Shown piece after piece: positions 12,008-21,133 of a stretch of 64,000 bases of DNA; within the stretch, counting starts at the first letter, position 1; each line of letters begins with the position of its first letter. Source of the stretch: Nostoc sp. DedSLP01 (GTDB lineage: Bacteria > Cyanobacteriota > Cyanobacteriia > Cyanobacteriales > Nostocaceae). A program made the position numbers and the translations under genes. The notes under the pieces were generated by a model. It was not told where the DNA came from and made no database searches. It saw only the letters and a list, made by a program, of their open reading frames with translations. The stretch lies in the NCBI GenBank assembly GCA_034530875.2, contig JAVRCJ020000003.1, forward strand, positions 1 through 64,000, in the 5' to 3' direction.

Positions 12008-12232
12008 TAAAGCTAGACTAGTGTCTATTGTTGTTATTAGTTTGTTTGGGTATTTGTTCCTCAGTTATTGCCAAAAACATCAATATTATAAAAAGATAAA
12101 CTACTATTGCGATCGCAATACTTGGATACGAAGATGAGAAAATAGTTCTTGTACTTCTACAAACAAGCGATACTGCAAATTTTTTTTATGGAATAAATCT
12201 AAAATCCAAAATGGCATTAGTTATGAATTAGC

Positions 12233-13450
12233 ATGACAAAAAAATGGCTTTCTATCGTCGGTATTGGCGAAGATGGGTTACAAGGATTAAACGCGATCGC
12301 TCTTTCTTTAATCGCTCAAGCTAAAGTAATTGTAGGAGGCGATCGCCATTTAGCAATGCTCACTCCAGACGACCAACGCGAGAAACTAGTCTGGGCATCT
12401 CCCATTAGCACTTCTGTCGAGGAAATTATCAAGCGTCGCGGCGAGTCAATCTGCGTATTAGCAAGCGGCGATCCCATGTGTTACGGCATTGGTGTCACCT
12501 TAACGCGGCGCATTCCGATTTCAGAAATAACGATTATCCCTGCACCTTCAGCCTTCAGCCTCGCCTGTGCCAGGATGGGATGGTCTTTGACTGAGGTGGA
12601 AACTTTGAGTTTGAATGGTCGCCCATCCTCCCTGCTGCAATCTTACATTTATCCGGGAGCTAAGCTGTTGATTTTGAGCCAAGGAAAGGACACACCCGCC
12701 ATCGTTGCCGAAATTTTGACAAATCGTGGCTATGGTGACAGCAAAATCGCAGTCTTGGAGCGTATGGGCGGCGCTGATGAAAGAATTGTGGAAGGGATCG
12801 CTGCATCTTGGACTGAAACTGAAGTTGCGGCTTTAAATGCGATCGCAGTTGATTGTATTGCCGATGCTGGGGTTGTACCTTTACCAAGATTACCAGGATT
12901 GCCAGATAACGCCTACCACCACGATGGACAGTTAACCAAGCGTGAAGTAAGGGCGATTACTTTAGCAGCTTTGGCGCCAACACCGGGACAATTATTGTGG
13001 GATGTGGGCGCGGGTTGCGGTTCAATTTCTATTGAATGGATGCGGAGTCATCCTCGGTGTCGGGCAATGGCGATCGAGCAAAATTCATCTAGGCTAAAAT
13101 ACATTGCTGATAATGCCGCTACTCTGGGTACTCCAAATCTGCAAATTATTGCAGGTAAAGCGCCCCATGCCTTGAAGGACTTACCGATACCAGATGCCAT
13201 TTTTATTGGTGGTGGAGTGACAGCTACGGGACTTTTTGATGTTTGCTGGGAAGCACTAAGGCCGGGGGGACGTTTGGTGGCGAATGTGGTGACGGTAGAA
13301 GGCGAACAAACTTTATTTCAATGGCACGAACGAGTTGGTGGCGATTTAATTCGTATTGCCATTCAACGGGCAGAACCTATTGGTACATTTTTGGGCTGGC
13401 GAGGAATGGCAGGTGTAACGCAATGGGTAGTTGTAAAGTCTCAAGCCTAA
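12233..13450 (+). CDS. cobL: Bifunctional precorrin-6Y C5,15-methyltransferase (decarboxylating), CbiE/CbiT
   Basis: IVGIG, LASGDPMCYGIG, GQLTKREVR, WDVGAGCGS. Confidence 0.92.
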   Translation: MTKKWLSIVGIGEDGLQGLNAIALSLIAQAKVIVGGDRHLAMLTPDDQREKLVWASPISTSVEEIIKRRGESICVLASGDPMCYGIGVTLTRRIPISEITIIPAPSAFSLACARMGWSLTEVETLSLNGRPSSLLQSYIYPGAKLLILSQGKDTPAIVAEILTNRGYGDSKIAVLERMGGADERIVEGIAASWTETEVAALNAIAVDCIADAGVVPLPRLPGLPDNAYHHDGQLTKREVRAITLAALAPTPGQLLWDVGAGCGSISIEWMRSHPRCRAMAIEQNSSRLKYIADNAATLGTPNLQIIAGKAPHALKDLPIPDAIFIGGGVTATGLFDVCWEALRPGGRLVANVVTVEGEQTLFQWHERVGGDLIRIAIQRAEPIGTFLGWRGMAGVTQWVVVKSQA

Positions 13451-13773
13451 GCCTTGACTAAGTAGGCGGACATAATTAAATGTAAAATCCAAAGGAGCGA
13501 AACCTTTTACTATTGAGAGTTTTACCTCCTGCCTCCTGCCTTCTACTTATCTTAAGAGTTTATTTTAAAATCCCCTACCCCCCTGCTGTTCATGTGCAGC
13601 TATATTTTCGAGAATTGGTATTAGAGGTACGAAGAATAAGCAACTAATTAAAAAGTATTTGCATAATTTTTTACCTTTGTACTGAAAATTACTTCAAGCT
13701 ACTTAATGCATCGATCGCTACCGATTTTCATCGTTAGCGCTAGGATAGCTATGTATTTTTTGGAAGTATAAAT

Positions 13774-15387
13774 ATGGCTCAAACTTTTTATGTAAATCCG
13801 GTAACAGGAAACGAGACTAACGCTGGTAGCCAACAAGCGCCGTTTAAAACTATTACGCAAGCTTTGAAATTAGCTAAAGTTGATACTAAGATTCAACTGG
13901 CAGATGGTAATTACAATGCTGCGAGTGGTGAGGTCTTCCCCCTAGCGATTCCATCTGGGGTGACAGTAGTAGGTAATGAAACTAACAAAGGAAATGGCAT
14001 TTTGATTGAAGGAAGTGGTAGTTTCCTCAGCCGTACTTTTGCGGCTCAAAATGTGACTTTTGTGCTAGCAGATAAAGCCGAACTCCGGGGAGTGACTGTA
14101 ACAAATCCGGCTAGCCGTGGTAGTGGTGTCTGGGTTGAATCAACTGCCCCTACTGTTGCTAATAGCACTTTCACTCAATGTAAGCGGGAAGGAGTATTTG
14201 CTACAGGCGATGCGAACCCAATGATTCTGGGTAATGTGTTCAGAGAGAACGCAGCGAATGGAATTGCGATCGCTAAAAATTCCCAAGGTCAAATTCAAGG
14301 TAATACTTGCATTAAAACAGGTTTTGGTATTGCCATTAGCGATACCGCATCGCCAATACTCCGAGATAACAAAATTTCTGAAAACCGTTCTGGAATCGTT
14401 GTCTCTGGCAGTGCTCGTCCTCTGTTGCGGAATAACCTGAGCGAAAATAACACTGATGATGGTTTAACTGTAATTGCCAGCGCCCTACCAGATATCGGCA
14501 GTAACAATAATCCAGGCGGCAATACTCTACGCAATAACGGTAAATTTGATTTACAAAATGCCAGTTCCAACAAGCTGCTTTCTGTGGGAAATACAATAGA
14601 TGCGACCAAAGTCACAGGAAAAGTAGAGTTTGCTGATACTTCGGTTCCCACACCGACACCAACACCAACGCCGACTCCTAATCCCACACCAACACCAACG
14701 CCAACGCCAACTCCCAATCCCACACCGACACCAACGCCAACTCCCAATCCTACGCCAACGCCGACTCCCAATCCTACGCCAACACCAACGCCAACTCCCA
14801 CGCCTACTGTTGAATTAACCGATATTACTAATCATTGGGCAGGTGCATTTATTCGGGAATTGGTTAAGTTGGAAATAATTAATGGTTTTCCCGATCGCAC
14901 ATTTAAACCCGATGCTACGATGACACGGGCGCAATATGCGGCATTAATAGTAAAAGCTTTCAACCCATCGCCAAATCGCCCAGTTGCCAAATTTAAAGAT
15001 GTACCAGCAGAGTTTTGGGCAGCAAAGGTAATTCAGCAAGCATATCAAGGCTTATTTCTCTCTGGTTTTCCCGATAATACCTTCGGCCCCAACAAAAATA
15101 TTCAGCGGGTGCAAGTGATTGTTTCTCTGGTGAATGGATTGGGGTTATCAAGTAATGGTACGACAACCACCAAAACTTTTGATGACCAAGCAAAGATTCC
15201 TGATTATGCTAAAGATGAAGTCATCAAGGCTATTCAAAAAGAGATTATTGTTAATTACCCTAATCTCAAACAACTCAATCCTACTCGTGATGCCACGCGT
15301 GCTGAAGTAGCTGTCATGGTATATCAAGCTTTGGTAGATGCTGGTCGTGTAACAGCGATCAACTCACCTTATATTGTGAGTGCTTGA
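13774..15387 (+). CDS. DUF1565/parallel beta-helix protein with Pro-Thr linker and C-terminal SLH repeats
   Basis: FYVNP..G...[10 protein letters not shown]-terminus, beta-helix repeats, (PT/PN)n linker, SLH motifs [28 protein letters not shown]. Confidence 0.88.
   Translation: MAQTFYVNPVTGNETNAGSQQAPFKTITQALKLAKVDTKIQLADGNYNAASGEVFPLAIPSGVTVVGNETNKGNGILIEGSGSFLSRTFAAQNVTFVLADKAELRGVTVTNPASRGSGVWVESTAPTVANSTFTQCKREGVFATGDANPMILGNVFRENAANGIAIAKNSQGQIQGNTCIKTGFGIAISDTASPILRDNKISENRSGIVVSGSARPLLRNNLSENNTDDGLTVIASALPDIGSNNNPGGNTLRNNGKFDLQNASSNKLLSVGNTIDATKVTGKVEFADTSVPTPTPTPTPTPNPTPTPTPTPTPNPTPTPTPTPNPTPTPTPNPTPTPTPTPTPTVELTDITNHWAGAFIRELVKLEIINGFPDRTFKPDATMTRAQYAALIVKAFNPSPNRPVAKFKDVPAEFWAAKVIQQAYQGLFLSGFPDNTFGPNKNIQRVQVIVSLVNGLGLSSNGTTTTKTFDDQAKIPDYAKDEVIKAIQKEIIVNYPNLKQLNPTRDATRAEVAVMVYQALVDAGRVTAINSPYIVSA
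14647..14808 (+). repeat. Coding hexamer repeat encoding the Pro-Thr/Asn linker
   Basis: CCN-ACN units with periodic CCN-AAT. Confidence 0.9.
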
Positions 15388-15415
15388 CATACTCAAGAAA
15401 GAAGGCAGGGGGCAG

Positions 15416-15490
15416 GAGGCAGTCCCAATGAAACAAGTTTCATCGCCAAGAATGAAAGTATCTTTCTCCCCCTGCTTCCCCTGCCTCCCC
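15416..15490. repeat. Small dispersed repeat, copy 1
   Basis: GAGGCAGTCCCAATGAAACAAGTTTCA identical to 24217-24243; similarity continues for about 40 nt. Confidence 0.8.
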
Positions 15491-15626
15491 TGCTCAAGAA
15501 CTGCTCTTTCAAGTCAGGGGTTGTTCTCCCTAAGACAGTGTGTCAAACATTTTTTAATTCTGTGGAGACTACAGAGAAGGGATTACTTAGTGTAAATTAC
15601 ATTAAAGTCTGAAATGGAGATTGTCG

Positions 15627-16406
15627 ATGCAACTTCTCGAATGTCCTCGTGTTGCAGTCATCGCCGGAGAAAATGCGGTTCACGTTTCTCAACTACCTTC
15701 TATATGGCAAGAGATTGCGAGAGGAACCAAGAGTGTGGGACTTTCCCATCCACATACTTATGTTGAGATGGCGCAGTTATTTCTATACAAATTAGAGCAT
15801 GGTGACGTTGATTTATTTAGCGATCGCCCCCAATTAGCTCACTTAATACCGTCATTCTCCCAAATCTTTGCACAGCTAGCATGGGAAACCCTGGAATTTT
15901 TTGGAGAAGACTTTAGGAAAGATAGCTATCCGAATTTTGCAGAAATTCTCTGCGATCTCGAGTCAAAGGGAGTTGAATATGCCGAGCAAGTAAAAGTGGC
16001 TCGTATTGGTATAGATTTATTCAATGAATTTGGTTACGAACTTCCTGCGAGTTTCTATCACGTGCATTTAGCGCCAATTTACCGCGATGGTATTTTTGAA
16101 GAACGTGCCTTAAGATTTGACCCTCGCGATATAGAACACAAACGTGCTTGGGATGCCATACTCCATGCAGGTAAAGTATTTGCCATTCAGATGAAGGTGC
16201 AAAGTATTGCCTCAAAATATGGTTTTACCTATCAACACGGCTGCGGTTGTAACTCTCATCTATCTTCCATCGACCCTGCGCATGGCGCGTTTGAATACGA
16301 ATTGAGTCCAGAAAAGCGCCAGCGATGGATTCGCAGCTTCATCTGGACTGCTTGGTATGAGTATGCATTCTTTGCGATCGTGCCGAATACGATTTATTTA
16401 GTGTAG
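15627..16406 (+). CDS. Hypothetical protein with HGCGCxSH motif
   Basis: Long ORF; GGAGA RBS at 15616-15620 favours ATG 15627; family not recognised. Confidence 0.7.
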   Translation: MQLLECPRVAVIAGENAVHVSQLPSIWQEIARGTKSVGLSHPHTYVEMAQLFLYKLEHGDVDLFSDRPQLAHLIPSFSQIFAQLAWETLEFFGEDFRKDSYPNFAEILCDLESKGVEYAEQVKVARIGIDLFNEFGYELPASFYHVHLAPIYRDGIFEERALRFDPRDIEHKRAWDAILHAGKVFAIQMKVQSIASKYGFTYQHGCGCNSHLSSIDPAHGAFEYELSPEKRQRWIRSFIWTAWYEYAFFAIVPNTIYLV

Positions 16407-16408
16407 AA

Positions 16409-16553
16409 GGGACTGGGGACTGGTGACTGGTGATTGGGGATTGGGTATGTGGCAAACATGAGAGTGTGGGAGGTGCGGGAAGAGAGGGGGCATAAATTCT
16501 CTTTCTCCCCATCTCCCCATCTCCCCCAGTCCCCAATCCCCAATCCCCAATCA
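16409..16553. repeat. STRR heptamer tracts between convergent genes
   Basis: ggggact/ggtgact/ggggatt units mirrored by ccccagt/ccccaat units. Confidence 0.85.
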
Positions 16554-16556
16554 CTC

Positions 16557-17087
16557 CTAACCATTCTCATCCAAAATCGTTCCTTCTAAATTCGCTCCCT
16601 CTAAATTGGCTCCGTTTAAATTTGCTTGGTTTAAGTCTGCTTGATTCAGATTTGCCTGAGACAAGTCGGCTACGGTTAAATCTGCGCCACTCAAATCAGC
16701 TTTATTTAAATTGGCAGCAATTAAGCTTGCTTGGTGTAACTCCGCCTCAGTTAAGTTAGCTTCAATTAGCTTGGCAACTGTCAAATCAGCCTGACTTAAA
16801 TTAGCTCCATCCAAATTAGCTCCTTCTAAAATAGCTCCATCTAAAATAGCTCCAGCTAAGTTGCTACCACTGAGGTTGGCATTACTCAAATCTGCCCCGT
16901 TCAAGTCTGCTTCAATCAAACTAGTTCGCGCTAAATTAGCGTGGCTCAAATTAGCTCCATCCAAAACGGCTTTATCTAAAATTGCACCGCTAAGGTTAGC
17001 TTCTCTAAGGTTGGCCTCACTCAAGTTAACGCCAGTAAAATTTCTTATACCAGCAGTATAATTTTTCAAAAATTCTTCTGCTTTCAT
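16557..17087 (-). CDS. Pentapeptide repeat protein
   Basis: Continuous A(N/D)LxG/A(N/D)LS repeats. Confidence 0.95.
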   Translation of the reverse strand: MKAEEFLKNYTAGIRNFTGVNLSEANLREANLSGAILDKAVLDGANLSHANLARTSLIEADLNGADLSNANLSGSNLAGAILDGAILEGANLDGANLSQADLTVAKLIEANLTEAELHQASLIAANLNKADLSGADLTVADLSQANLNQADLNQANLNGANLEGANLEGTILDENG

Positions 17088-17347
17088 ATCTGTTTTGCGT
17101 CTGTTGGTGTGCTAAGGAACATTGAATTGAAGCTACGCAGATGTGCTAGCAATCTCCAGCACGCGCTATGGAGGATTTATATGTGGAGTATGAATCAGTT
17201 TTATCTAGAGTAGCGATCCTCGAATGTTAGCGCTACTACCGAGAGTTGTGATTTTATTTCATACTTATGAGAGATGTTTAGGAATTAATTAAGCATTAGT
17301 GCAAAGCGATCGCTATACTCTATTGTGGTGTTCGTCTGGCAGAGGTT

Positions 17348-18238
17348 ATGGCAAAACCAATTCGTATTCTCTTGCAAACCACAATTGCTACAACTGAAGA
17401 TGATTGGAGCATTTTTCGTTTCTCGATGTTGAAAGATTACTTAGCATCAATTAAAGATGAAGCGGGAAATTCTTTATTTGAAGTTACAGGGCGCGATTAT
17501 GAGTCAAATGGAGTTGATGGCGACCCGGTATTAAGTACTCTTGACAAATCAGATTTTGATGAACTTTGGCTATTTGCCTTAGATGTTGGTGATGGTTTAA
17601 CTGAAAAAGACATTGCCGGAATTAACGCTTTTCGGAAACGTGGCGGTGGGATTCTCACAACACGCGACCATCAAGATATGGGTTGTTCGATGTGTAGTTT
17701 GATTGACATTGGCGATCTCCACTATTTCAACACAAAAAATCCCGATCCTGATGAATCTCGCTTGAGCCGAGATGACTCATATACAACTTATATCTCTTGG
17801 CCTAACTATCATTCTGGTGCTAACGGCGATTATCAAAAAATTACCATTGTCGAACCCATTCACGAACTTTTGAAAAATCCCAATTCACCTTTTGGATATA
17901 TCGAATTATTTCCAGCGCATCCCCATGAAGGCGGGATTGGTTCGCCAGTAGGCAATAAAAATGCGCGGGTAATTGCTTTAGGAAAAAGTTTAATTACTGA
18001 GCGAAAGTTCAATCTTGTTGTAGCTATCGAACACCATCAAGATGGAGAAGGGAATACATTAGGAAGAGCAGTAGCTAATTCGAGTTTCCATCATTTAGTA
18101 GATTACAACTGGGATATCGAAAAAGGCTGCCCCTCTTTTGTAGATGAACCACCAGGAGATGGTATGAAAAAAGAGCCACGCGCTTTGGAAGATATCAAAA
18201 CTTATGTGCGTAACGTTGCTTTTTGGTTAGCAAATTAA
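17348..18238 (+). CDS. Conserved-looking hypothetical protein, possibly class I GATase/ThuA-like fold
   Basis: FDELWLF...AFRKRGGGIL pattern resembles flavodoxin-like GATase folds; His-rich motifs RDH, HSG, HPHEG, FHH. Confidence 0.55.
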   Translation: MAKPIRILLQTTIATTEDDWSIFRFSMLKDYLASIKDEAGNSLFEVTGRDYESNGVDGDPVLSTLDKSDFDELWLFALDVGDGLTEKDIAGINAFRKRGGGILTTRDHQDMGCSMCSLIDIGDLHYFNTKNPDPDESRLSRDDSYTTYISWPNYHSGANGDYQKITIVEPIHELLKNPNSPFGYIELFPAHPHEGGIGSPVGNKNARVIALGKSLITERKFNLVVAIEHHQDGEGNTLGRAVANSSFHHLVDYNWDIEKGCPSFVDEPPGDGMKKEPRALEDIKTYVRNVAFWLAN

Positions 18239-18328
18239 AAAATACAATTCATGGCAAAAGTTAAAGTAAGTTTGAGAGCAAGTTTACAAGACTAACTGTA
18301 GGTTGAGTTTACTGCGTTCAAACCCTCT

Positions 18329-18391
18329 TGTAGAGACGCGATTTATCGCGTCTAAAAATAAGACAGACAAGGGTAAATCGCCGTCTCTACA
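18329..18391. repeat. REP-like inverted pair (GTAG-type)
   Basis: TGTAGAGACG...CGTCTCTACA with internal palindrome AGACGCGAT-TT-ATCGCGTCT. Confidence 0.75.
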
Positions 18392-18417
18392 GAAGCCAAA
18401 GGAGATTGGGGTAAGAT

Positions 18418-18556
18418 TAGACCTCTTGCATAAATATTTTTGTGTTTCACGCAGAGGCGCAGAGGAGGACACTTCCGTGGGTGGGTTTCCCGACTTGAGG
18501 AAAGTGTCCGCCGCGCAGAGAAGAGAACGCAAAGAAAGACTTTTGCAAGAGGTATA
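18418..18556. mobile_element. MITE-like element with a nested hairpin repeat
   Basis: Ends TAGACCTCTTGCATAA / TTTTGCAAGAGGTATA (14/16 inverted match); internal GGACACTTCC...GGAAAGTGTCC at 18467-18509. Confidence 0.7.
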
Positions 18557-18911
18557 TTGCACAAACTGTTTGAAAATTATTTTAAAAAATAAGTATTTTT
18601 ACTTATTCTTGTAAAAAGTTTTATTCCTTTAGTAGAAGTCAGACTCACCAAAATATTTTTATAATATTAATAAAGTAATATTTTTCAGAGGACACAAAGT
18701 TTTACTTTGTGTATTTCAATCACTAGATACAAAATCAACGTTTGAATTCAGAACAAATAAAATTTATTTAAATATGTTTAACTTTAATAAATTTTGTGCG
18801 CTTTTTGATGAAAAAAACAAGCGATGGATTATATATTTCCCACAAAAGTGATTGTATTAATGTATAGAATCATTAATTTTTCAATTTAATCTAATTAAAA
18901 AAGAGGTTTTA

Positions 18912-20771
18912 ATGAAGTTATTAAATAATGATACTGGAGTCACATTATCAGTTAAAAGTGATGATGAGAATGTGATTCACAGTACACAAATTACACATCC
19001 ACGTCCGCAGTTGCAGCGATCGCCTTGGCAAAGCCTAAATGGTTTGTGGAAGTTTGCTTATGATGACGAAGGAAAATGCATTGAACCCAGTGACTTAAAG
19101 CAATGGACTCATTTGATAGAAGTTCCGTTTGCTCCAGAATCAACTAAAAGTAGAATAGGTGACACGAATCTTCACTCAAATTGTTGGTACGAAAGAGAAT
19201 TTCCCACGCCAGAAGGTGATGGTCGATTGCTGTTACACTTTGGGGCGGTGGACTACCGCGCTCGTGTATGGGTTAACGATAAATACATAGGCGAACATGA
19301 AGGCGGACACACCAATTTCTCCCTCGATATTACTCACGCTTTAAATGACAGTGGCATAACGAAAGTAACAGTGTGGGCGCAAGACGATCCCCAAGACCTC
19401 GCCAAACCTCGCGGGAAACAAGATTGGCAATTAAAACCGCACAGTATTTGGTATCCTCGCACTACGGGCATTTGGCAGACAGTCTGGATTGAGCGAGTGG
19501 GTAAGGCTTATCTCGGTCATCTGTGCTGGAATTCCGATTTTGAGCGATGGGAGGTTAGTTTTGAAGCGATTCTCGCTGGTGATGTACCTGTTGACGGCGT
19601 ACAACTCAAGATGAAATTGAGCATTGGTAGTAATGTATTGGTTAACGATACATACCAAGTGTTGAACGGAGAAATTAACCGCCGCATTGCTCTTGGCGAT
19701 CCTGGAATTGATGACTTCCGTAATGAATTATTGTGGAGTCCAGAAAAACCAACGCTCATTGATGCCCAAATTCAACTGTGGTATAAAGATTGCTTGTTAG
19801 ATGAAGTCAAATCTTATACAGCGATGCGAACAGTGAGCGTACAGCGCGATCGCTTTATGCTCAACGGTCGCCCCTACTATTTACGCCTTGTACTCGATCA
19901 AGGTTACTGGCCGGATACACTGATGACTCCACCCAACGATGAGGCAGTGCGGCGTGATGTAGAACTAATCAAAGCAATGGGTTTCAACGGAGTCCGCAAA
20001 CACCAGAAAATTGAAGACCCGCGATTTTTGTATTGGGCAGATGTCTTAGGGTTATTGGTATGGGAGGAAATGCCCAGTGCCTATCGCTTTACCCGGAAAG
20101 CCGTAGAACGCACGACACGCGAATGGGGTGAAGTCATCAAGCGAGATTCCAGCCATCCATGTATTGTTGCTTGGGTGCCGTTTAATGAATCTTGGGGAGT
20201 ACCAAATTTAGTCGAGACGGCTGCTCACCGCAACTATGTTTTGGCAATGTATCACCTAACCAAAACCCTTGACCCAACTCGTCCCGTAATTGGTAACGAT
20301 GGCTGGGAAAGTACGGATACAGACATTCTGGCAATCCATGATTATGATACCAAGCCACAGCAATTAATCCGTCGTTACGGGCCGGAGGTGAAGCTGTCAG
20401 ATATGCTCAGTCATAAACGCCCCGGAGGACGTATCCTCACGCTTGACAACTATCCACATCAAGGTCAACCAGTGATGCTCACAGAGTTTGGTGGTATTGC
20501 TTATGCTCCAGAAGACAAGCCAAATACAGACCAAGCTTGGGGATACGAGCGCTGCTGGAGTATCTCGGAGTTAGAAATGAAATATATTGCTCTACTGGAA
20601 ACCATCAATAATATTGAACTCTTCAGTGGATTTTGTTACACGCAATTTACCGATACTTTCCAAGAAGCTAACGGTTTATTGTACAGCGATCGCACTCCTA
20701 AATTTCCCATTGAGGTAATCCGGGCTGCAACCCTTTCCGATGGAGGATTTTGCACTCCTAGTAGGTGTTAA
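18912..20771 (+). CDS. Glycoside hydrolase family 2 (beta-galactosidase/glucuronidase-like)
   Basis: SLNGLWKF, LHFGAVDY, HEGG, GIWQTVW, acid/base WVPFNESWG, nucleophile TEFGG. Confidence 0.92.
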   Translation: MKLLNNDTGVTLSVKSDDENVIHSTQITHPRPQLQRSPWQSLNGLWKFAYDDEGKCIEPSDLKQWTHLIEVPFAPESTKSRIGDTNLHSNCWYEREFPTPEGDGRLLLHFGAVDYRARVWVNDKYIGEHEGGHTNFSLDITHALNDSGITKVTVWAQDDPQDLAKPRGKQDWQLKPHSIWYPRTTGIWQTVWIERVGKAYLGHLCWNSDFERWEVSFEAILAGDVPVDGVQLKMKLSIGSNVLVNDTYQVLNGEINRRIALGDPGIDDFRNELLWSPEKPTLIDAQIQLWYKDCLLDEVKSYTAMRTVSVQRDRFMLNGRPYYLRLVLDQGYWPDTLMTPPNDEAVRRDVELIKAMGFNGVRKHQKIEDPRFLYWADVLGLLVWEEMPSAYRFTRKAVERTTREWGEVIKRDSSHPCIVAWVPFNESWGVPNLVETAAHRNYVLAMYHLTKTLDPTRPVIGNDGWESTDTDILAIHDYDTKPQQLIRRYGPEVKLSDMLSHKRPGGRILTLDNYPHQGQPVMLTEFGGIAYAPEDKPNTDQAWGYERCWSISELEMKYIALLETINNIELFSGFCYTQFTDTFQEANGLLYSDRTPKFPIEVIRAATLSDGGFCTPSRC

Positions 20772-20797
20772 AGTTATACCAATTCAAAATTCACGCA

Positions 20798-21099
20798 TTA
20801 CAGCAGTTTTTATGTATTTGAACCACAATCCTTCGTAGGGGCTTTAGAGGTGTCCATTTGTGTCAACTTAACGTGAAACCCTTGTAAAGATGTGATATTC
20901 AGTTCTCTCACTTCCCATCAAGATCCGCGTCACCCCACCCCGGTTTTGTCTAAAGCCAAAACCGCCCCTCCCCTTGCCAAGGGGAGGGGTTGGGGGGTGG
21001 GGTAAAACGATTGTGGGATAAGCGTTTGAGCTTCAGTTGACACCAATGACAGCTGTAAAGCCCCTACCCTATGGTTTAATTACCTGAAAATTGCTGTAA
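20798..21099. mobile_element. Four-layer nested MITE/REP/small-repeat composite
   Basis: Outer 28-nt TIRs (23/28 match); GTAGGGGCTTTA/TAAAGCCCCTAC pair; CATTTGTGTCAACTTAA/TTCAGTTGACACCAATG pair; inner G/C-rich hairpin 20932-21003. Confidence 0.8.
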
Positions 21100-21133
21100 G
21101 AACTTGGTTTTCTTTATTTGCTAAAACTCTTCT

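Noticed and set aside
12008..12232. Cobalamin riboswitch upstream of cbiE/T
   Set aside because: No B12-box or GGGAA/GCCACTG-like core visible
14295..14818. (GV)n and (HQRQ)n ORFs
   Set aside because: Antisense and alternate-frame readings of the Pro-Thr linker
18284..18614. Three overlapping 70-103 aa ORFs
   Set aside because: They lie over REP/MITE repeats and show no protein-like motifs
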